From: an uncultured Chloroflexia bacterium | GTDB taxonomy: Bacteria; Chloroflexota; Dehalococcoidia; Dehalococcoidales; RBG-16-60-22 | Direction of reading: 5' to 3' | Assembly: GCA_963739395.1 (NCBI GenBank) | Contig: CAVUAE010000002.1 | Span: 26,384 to 90,383, forward strand | Length of the DNA stretch: 64,000 bases | Part shown: positions 59,104-64,000 of the stretch, one piece after another | How positions within the stretch are numbered: the stretch's first letter is position 1 | Layout of the letters: each line of letters begins with the position of its first letter | Translations under genes and position numbers: made by a program | Notes under the pieces: generated by a model | Seen by the model: the letters and a program-made list of their open reading frames with translations, nothing else | Told to the model about the DNA's origin: nothing | Database searches by the model: none

Positions 59104-60096
59104 GTGAAAGTGAAAGATTTAGGCGAGTTCGGACTCATCGACCGTCAGAATAAAATGGTCGTCGACTCTAAAATCAATAAGGCGTCGCCCGACATTATCC
59201 TCGGCATCGGCGACGATGCCGCCGCCTGGCAAGGTGACAGCTCAATTCAGCTCGCTACTTTGGACACTATGGTGGAGAACGTCCACTTTACGTTAGATAA
59301 CGCTACCTGGCAAGAGGTCGGCTGGAAATCTTTAGCCATAAACATCAGCGATATTGCCGCCATGGGCGGACTACCCCATTACGCTCTGGTCGCTCTGGCT
59401 TTGCCGGTTTATACCGACGTCGCTAATATTACTGAACTTTACCAAGGAATGATAGAAACCGCTAAAGAGTATAAAGTCGCTATCGTCGGCGGGAATATCA
59501 GCCGCGCACCGCAGGTATCAGTGACAATTACGGTGTTAGGGAGAAGTCCAGATAACAAAATACTCAAACGTTCCACGGCAAAAGTCGGCGACGCTATTGC
59601 CGTCACCGGTTACGCCGGTAGCGCCGTCGCTGGACTGGTTATGCTGAAGAAAAAGCTTCAGTTGAAAGCAACTGACGCTAAATACTTAAGAAATGCTTTT
59701 CTGCATCCCATACCGCGTGTGGCAGAAGGACGACTGCTGGTCAAGCACGGCATTACTACCGCCATCGATACCAGCGATGGACTACTCGCCGACCTAAAAC
59801 ATATCTGTGAAGCGAGCAAGGTCAGCGCCAGAATTGATGTTGATAAAGTGCCGATTAGCGATTCGGTTAAAGCTAACTTCAAGGAAAAAGCATTGGAAAT
59901 GGCGCTGGGGGGTGGAGAGGATTACGAGCTGATTTTCACCGGCGATACCAAATCCATTATGAAAGTTAAAAAAGAAGCAAAGTGTCCGGTAACTATCATC
60001 GGCGAGATAACCAAGGGAAAGTCTGGGGTTATCAATTTATTCAATGCCAAAGGCAAGCCCGTGAGAATCAACCAAACAGGCTGGACGCATTTTTAA
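59104..60096 (+). CDS. thiL: Thiamine-monophosphate kinase
   Basis: LGEFGLID, GIGDDAA and the AIR-synthase-like fold pattern. GTG start. Confidence 0.9.
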   Translation: MKVKDLGEFGLIDRQNKMVVDSKINKASPDIILGIGDDAAAWQGDSSIQLATLDTMVENVHFTLDNATWQEVGWKSLAINISDIAAMGGLPHYALVALALPVYTDVANITELYQGMIETAKEYKVAIVGGNISRAPQVSVTITVLGRSPDNKILKRSTAKVGDAIAVTGYAGSAVAGLVMLKKKLQLKATDAKYLRNAFLHPIPRVAEGRLLVKHGITTAIDTSDGLLADLKHICEASKVSARIDVDKVPISDSVKANFKEKALEMALGGGEDYELIFTGDTKSIMKVKKEAKCPVTIIGEITKGKSGVINLFNAKGKPVRINQTGWTHF

Positions 60097-60115
60097 ATAA
60101 ACTGGAGTAATATTT

Positions 60116-60583
60116 ATGGTAGCCATTCCTAAAGTTATGCTTAATACCGAGCTTAATGAGGGCTTTTGTTTTGGCTGCGGGCAAAATAACCCCATCGGTA
60201 TGAAATTGCGCTTCGTAAAAGACGGGAAGATCATCCACGCCGAATTTACGCCGCATAAGATGCATCAGGGTTGGCCCGGGATGCTTCATGGAGGTATATT
60301 GGCTTGCTTGCTGGATGAAGCGATGAGCAATATCGCTTATGCCACCGGTAACACCACAATGACCGCGACGATTAATATCAGGTGGCGGCAGCCGGTCAAA
60401 GTGGAAGTGCCGTTAGTTGTCACCGCCTGGGTAACACGCCATCGTAAGAAAATTATTGAAACCTCCGGTAAAGTGACGCTTAAGGACGGCACCATTATCG
60501 CAGAAAGCACCGCCAAGCAATTTATCGCGGAGAGTCAGGCGAAACAGGGAGATAAAGTGAAGGAGAAGCGCCGACATGTCTGA
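60116..60583 (+). CDS. PaaI/4HBT-type hotdog-fold thioesterase
   Basis: CFGCGQNNPIGMKL and HGGILACLLDEAM. Confidence 0.75.
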   Translation: MVAIPKVMLNTELNEGFCFGCGQNNPIGMKLRFVKDGKIIHAEFTPHKMHQGWPGMLHGGILACLLDEAMSNIAYATGNTTMTATINIRWRQPVKVEVPLVVTAWVTRHRKKIIETSGKVTLKDGTIIAESTAKQFIAESQAKQGDKVKEKRRHV

Positions 60584-61241
60584 AAAACACCTCGAAGCGG
60601 TACTCTGGGACATGGATGGCGTTATCGCCGACACGGCGGACTACCATTACAACGCCTGGCGGGAGGTTTTTGAAGAGCGGGGTATTGAATTCAGCAAGGC
60701 GGATTTTATGCGGCACTTCGGTCAAAGGCACGACACGATTGTCAGATTTGCCCTCGGCGATAAAATTTCGCCGGAAGAAATTAGCAAAATCTCCGAGAAA
60801 AAACAGGCGATCTACCGTCGGAATATAGCGAAAAACATTATACCATTGCCTGGTGCTGTCGCCTTGATAAAGTCGCTTAACCAACACGGTATAAAAACAG
60901 CCGTTGCTTCATCGGCAGTTCAGGCAAACATAGATGTAATTCTACGCGGACTGGGCATCGAAAGAAACTTCCAGGCGATTGTCTGGGGGACAGAAGTGGC
61001 GGAAGGCAAGCCCAGTCCTTTGGTTTTCCAGCTAGCGGCGAAAAAGCTGGGCGTGAAACCGGCTAACTGCGTGGTTATCGAGGACGCTATCGCCGGCGTA
61101 ACTGCCGCCAAACGGGCTGGCATGAAATGCGTGGCGGTAACCAATAGCCATCCCAGCCACAGTCTAAAAAACGCCGACCTTATTGTGGATAGTTTGGAAA
61201 AGGTTGATATTGAAGTTCTTAAAGAATTATTCAAAAAATAA
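60576..61241 (+). CDS. HAD-IA hydrolase (beta-phosphoglucomutase-like)
   Basis: VLWDMDGVIADT, KPSP and VIEDAIAGVTAAKRAGM. Confidence 0.85.
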   Translation: MSEKHLEAVLWDMDGVIADTADYHYNAWREVFEERGIEFSKADFMRHFGQRHDTIVRFALGDKISPEEISKISEKKQAIYRRNIAKNIIPLPGAVALIKSLNQHGIKTAVASSAVQANIDVILRGLGIERNFQAIVWGTEVAEGKPSPLVFQLAAKKLGVKPANCVVIEDAIAGVTAAKRAGMKCVAVTNSHPSHSLKNADLIVDSLEKVDIEVLKELFKK

Positions 61242-61251
61242 GGAGTAACTC

Positions 61252-61668
61252 ATGGAAAGGTCTCTGGTGCTTATCAAACCGGACGCTATGGAGAGAGGAC
61301 TGGCAGGCGTTATTATAGGGCGGCTGCAGGGGGCGGGTCTTAAACTTATCGGACTAAAGATGCTGCACATGAATAAAGCCCTGGCAGAGCGCCACTACGC
61401 TATCCATAAGGGCAAGCCATTTTTCAATGATTTAGTGGAATACATAATTTCTACCCCTATCGTTGCCGCCGTTTTTGAAGGTGAAAGTGCTACTGAACGT
61501 ATCCGCAAACTCATGGGCGCCACCGACCCATCCAAAGCCGAGGCAGGCACAATACGCAAGGATTACGGACTCGACATCCAGCGGAACGCTACGCACGCTT
61601 CAGACTCGCCGGAAAATGGGAAAATAGAGATAGCGAATTTCTTTAAAAAGAATGAACTTTACGGGTAA
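61252..61668 (+). CDS. ndk: Nucleoside diphosphate kinase
   Basis: ERSLVLIKPDA and NATHASDS (active-site His). Confidence 0.95.
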   Translation: MERSLVLIKPDAMERGLAGVIIGRLQGAGLKLIGLKMLHMNKALAERHYAIHKGKPFFNDLVEYIISTPIVAAVFEGESATERIRKLMGATDPSKAEAGTIRKDYGLDIQRNATHASDSPENGKIEIANFFKKNELYG

Positions 61669-61706
61669 ATAGAAACGAATTTATTTGGGTTGAGGGAGTT
61701 AGTGTT

Positions 61707-62453
61707 ATGATTAACGGATGGAAGGTATTTGCTGTTATTATATTTATTTTATTGATATCGGTGAGTTCAGGTCTTGGGTATGTCTATGCCAAAACATCCG
61801 GTGATTTAGGAGATACAAAAGCTACTCTAACATCAACACAAAATGAATTAAGTAATACCAATAATGCCTTACTTGATACTAAAACTGAGCTAGAATCGAC
61901 AAAAAATACCTTGGCTACAACACAAGACAGCTTAAAAACAACACAAACATTGTTAACAAATACCAAAAATGAATTAACGGATACGAAAAAAGACCTGGAT
62001 GAAAGTCAAGCAGAAGCAGTTGCTTATGCCGAGCAATTAACTAATATCCAACTCCAATTTGGTGATATAAGCCAAGGTAATAGTTATATTACTAATATTG
62101 TCCCTTATCAAACTGTGGAAACGTTTCTAGAGAAAGATAAAACAAACGAACATTTATACAATTTGATAACGTATAACTGTTTCAACTTTTCAGCTGATGT
62201 AATATCAAATGCCACTAACGAACATATTAGATGTGGCTTAGTATATATCCTGTTTGAAGGAGGTACTTCGGCGCATGCCATCGTTGCCTTTAGCACGACT
62301 GATTCAGGTATCCTATTTGTCGAACCCCAAACGGATGGTATAGTAAAACTTGAGGTAGGTAAGCACTATTGGACAGAATGTTTATCGCCGACTTCTCCTT
62401 TTAATCCAAGTAGCCATGATGATACGGTAGAGTCGTTTGTAATTGTCTGGTAA
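61707..62453 (+). CDS. Membrane-anchored coiled-coil protein with a C-terminal transglutaminase/papain-like Cys-His signature (AT-rich gene)
   Basis: TM helix, Thr-rich heptads (TKATLTSTQNELSNT...). The C-terminus YNCFNFSADV...IRCGLVY...SAHAIVAF...GILFVEPQTD parallels the C..FA / H.W.E / DPT layout of transglutaminase-like proteins (inference). Confidence 0.55.
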   Translation: MINGWKVFAVIIFILLISVSSGLGYVYAKTSGDLGDTKATLTSTQNELSNTNNALLDTKTELESTKNTLATTQDSLKTTQTLLTNTKNELTDTKKDLDESQAEAVAYAEQLTNIQLQFGDISQGNSYITNIVPYQTVETFLEKDKTNEHLYNLITYNCFNFSADVISNATNEHIRCGLVYILFEGGTSAHAIVAFSTTDSGILFVEPQTDGIVKLEVGKHYWTECLSPTSPFNPSSHDDTVESFVIVW

Positions 62454-62472
62454 ATAATACAAAAAAGTCGGA

Positions 62473-62844
62473 TTATTGAATCTTTAAAACGGTCTTGGCT
62501 TCTTGCCAGAGCTCATCAAGCTTATAATAGTCGCGTTCTTCGGTGCCGAAGATGTGGATAATTACGTCGGTATAATCCAGCAAGAGCCAGCCTGAATCCA
62601 AATCCCCCTCGCGATGATGCGGTAGAACCTTGTCTTTCTTCAGGGTTTTTTCTACCTCGTCGCTAATGGTACTAATCTGCCGGGCGCTTTCGCCGGAGCA
62701 GATAACAAAATAGTCCGCAAAGCTGCAAACCTCACGGACATCGAGCAGGACGATATTGCTTGCCTGCTTATCACTCGCGGCATTTACGGCTCGGCGGGCT
62801 AGTTCTAATGCTTCCAGTCTTATACTCCTATTTCTCTTTATCAA
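62473..62844 (-). CDS. rsfS: Ribosomal silencing factor RsfS (iojap)
   Basis: 123 aa. DYFVICSGES and WLLLDYTDVIIHIF. Confidence 0.9.
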   Translation of the reverse strand: MIKRNRSIRLEALELARRAVNAASDKQASNIVLLDVREVCSFADYFVICSGESARQISTISDEVEKTLKKDKVLPHHREGDLDSGWLLLDYTDVIIHIFGTEERDYYKLDELWQEAKTVLKIQ

Positions 62845-62903
62845 AATTATACCATAGCTATCGGCTTTGTATAGACTGACTGATATTTATTATACTTAAG
62901 TAA

Positions 62904-63623
62904 ATGGCAATTAAATCCCTGATAAAAGCCCTCACCGAAGCCGGCATCGGCTCGCGTCGGCGCATGGCGGAAGCTATCAAACAAGGCAAGGTCAAGGTTA
63001 ACAACAAGGTCGCCGAATCATTCAATCACCCTGTAGACCTAGAGAAAGACCGGGTTCTCTTTAATGGGCAGGAAATTGACCTTAAGCCTGATAAAGTAAT
63101 ATGCCTGATGCTTAACAAACCGGAGGGCATAGTCTCCACCGTCAGCGATGAAAAGGGACGCCGCACGGTAATAAATATCCTGCCAGCTAAGTATCGAGGC
63201 TACCGACTTTATCCGGTGGGGCGACTAGATATTGACACGACCGGACTCCTCCTGCTGACCAACGACGGCAACCTGACTTACCGCCTGACCCACCCCAAAT
63301 TTGAGTACGAAAAAGAATACCTGGTAGCGATAAAAGGCAACCTGAATGCCGACGAGAAACAGCAGCTGCAGCGCGGCATCTTGCTTGAAGACGGCATGAC
63401 GCATCCCGCAAAAATTAGAGAAATCAACCTGCCCAACTTCAACTACAGCGTCACTATCCACGAGGGTAGAAAAAGGCAGGTGCGCCGCATGTTCGAAAGG
63501 CTGCGATATACCGTCGTAGCGCTTAAACGTATCCGCATCGGCAACTTGAATCTTGGAGACCTTAAAGAGGGCGAGGTACGTCTCTTAAGCGCCAAAGAAA
63601 TTAACGTCCTGCTTAGCGAATAA
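62904..63623 (+). CDS. Pseudouridine synthase, RsuA/RluB family
   Basis: N-terminal S4 domain. The catalytic motif is GRLDIDTTGLLLLTNDG. Confidence 0.9.
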   Translation: MAIKSLIKALTEAGIGSRRRMAEAIKQGKVKVNNKVAESFNHPVDLEKDRVLFNGQEIDLKPDKVICLMLNKPEGIVSTVSDEKGRRTVINILPAKYRGYRLYPVGRLDIDTTGLLLLTNDGNLTYRLTHPKFEYEKEYLVAIKGNLNADEKQQLQRGILLEDGMTHPAKIREINLPNFNYSVTIHEGRKRQVRRMFERLRYTVVALKRIRIGNLNLGDLKEGEVRLLSAKEINVLLSE

Positions 63624-64000
63624 ACAGGTGAATGAAGTAATATATTGCCAGACCGATGATGGCTGTAGCTGGAATAGTAAATATCCACGCCCAAACGATA
63701 CGTAATGTCAGCCCCCACCGCACCGACGTAAGTCGGTTGACCGACCCCACGCCCGATATCGCCCCGGTGATAACGTGAGTGGTACTGACCGGGATACCCA
63801 TGTGGGTAGATAAGAAAATACTGGAGGCAGCGGCTGTTTCCGCACAGAATCCATCAATGGGTCTTAACCTTGTAATCTTCTGCCCCATCGTTTTTACAAT
63901 CCGCCATCCCCCGGTAAGCGTGCCCATAGCAATAGCGGCGTGGGCGCTTAAAACAACCCAAAGCGGTACCTGAAAGTCCTGAAGCAATCCCCCAGCCACC
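63613..64000 (-). CDS. Inorganic phosphate transporter, PiT family (C-terminal part; gene continues past the window end)
   Basis: GIPVSTTHVITGAISGVG and C-terminal TM helices. The ORF is open to the window edge. Confidence 0.85.
   Translation of the reverse strand, partial: VAGGLLQDFQVPLWVVLSAHAAIAMGTLTGGWRIVKTMGQKITRLRPIDGFCAETAAASSIFLSTHMGIPVSTTHVITGAISGVGSVNRLTSVRWGLTLRIVWAWIFTIPATAIIGLAIYYFIHLFIR

Noticed and set aside
58839-59138. 99-aa ORF on the minus strand
   Set aside because: It spans the hairpin repeats in the divergent intergenic region and overlaps the starts of both real genes.
1-64000. CRISPR arrays, rRNA genes, prophage structural genes, transposase genes
   Set aside because: No regularly spaced direct repeats with unique spacers were seen. 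I recognised no rRNA-like conserved segments and no capsid, terminase or transposase motifs in any ORF.

Overview
64-kb chromosomal window with about 62 protein genes, one intact tRNA (Val-GAC), one tRNA-Lys-like remnant and a large SRP RNA. No CRISPR array and no rRNA were seen. Most of it is housekeeping backbone: dnaE, hpf, ogt, radC, L25, zupT, biotin carboxylase, split transketolase, dCMP deaminase, CCA-adding enzyme, ispE, rsmA, thiL, ndk, rsfS and a pseudouridine synthase. Gene content points to an anaerobic, possibly Chloroflexota/Dehalococcoidia-like bacterium (tungsten-type AOR, indolepyruvate:ferredoxin oxidoreductase, rubrerythrin, Fe-S nitroreductase, ~270-nt SRP RNA), but that is inference and cannot be verified here. 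Five accessory or unusual parts stand out. (1) 1-7366 is a mosaic island. It holds a 1047-aa gamma-class N6-adenine methyltransferase translationally coupled to a small PD-(D/E)xK nuclease, a 3'-truncated P-type ATPase, a compact tyrosine recombinase with an inserted Cys4 ribbon and an XRE regulator, and it ends at a tRNA-Lys(CUU) 3' remnant. (2) 7.4-22 kb is a redox cluster: AOR, twin FAD oxidoreductases, IorB, an IorA carrying an inserted GltD/NfnB-like flavoprotein module, Zn-ADH and a cupin-ferredoxin-cupin cassette. (3) 33.4-43.8 kb, directly 3' of tRNA-Val, is a signalling and extracytoplasmic-redox block. It encodes a PQQ-type propeller lipoprotein with two DUF4399-like domains, a tethered cupredoxin, an isochorismatase, three response regulators and a PAS histidine kinase. 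Six copies of a Pho-box-like direct-repeat operator fused to a -10 element sit in front of its transcription units. This is the most striking sequence-level signal I can see. (4) Several AT-rich single-gene insertions lie between GC-richer housekeeping genes. (5) Two families of intergenic hairpin (MITE/REP-like) repeats generate spurious ORFs. All function calls rest on motifs read by eye from the translations; no database search was possible.
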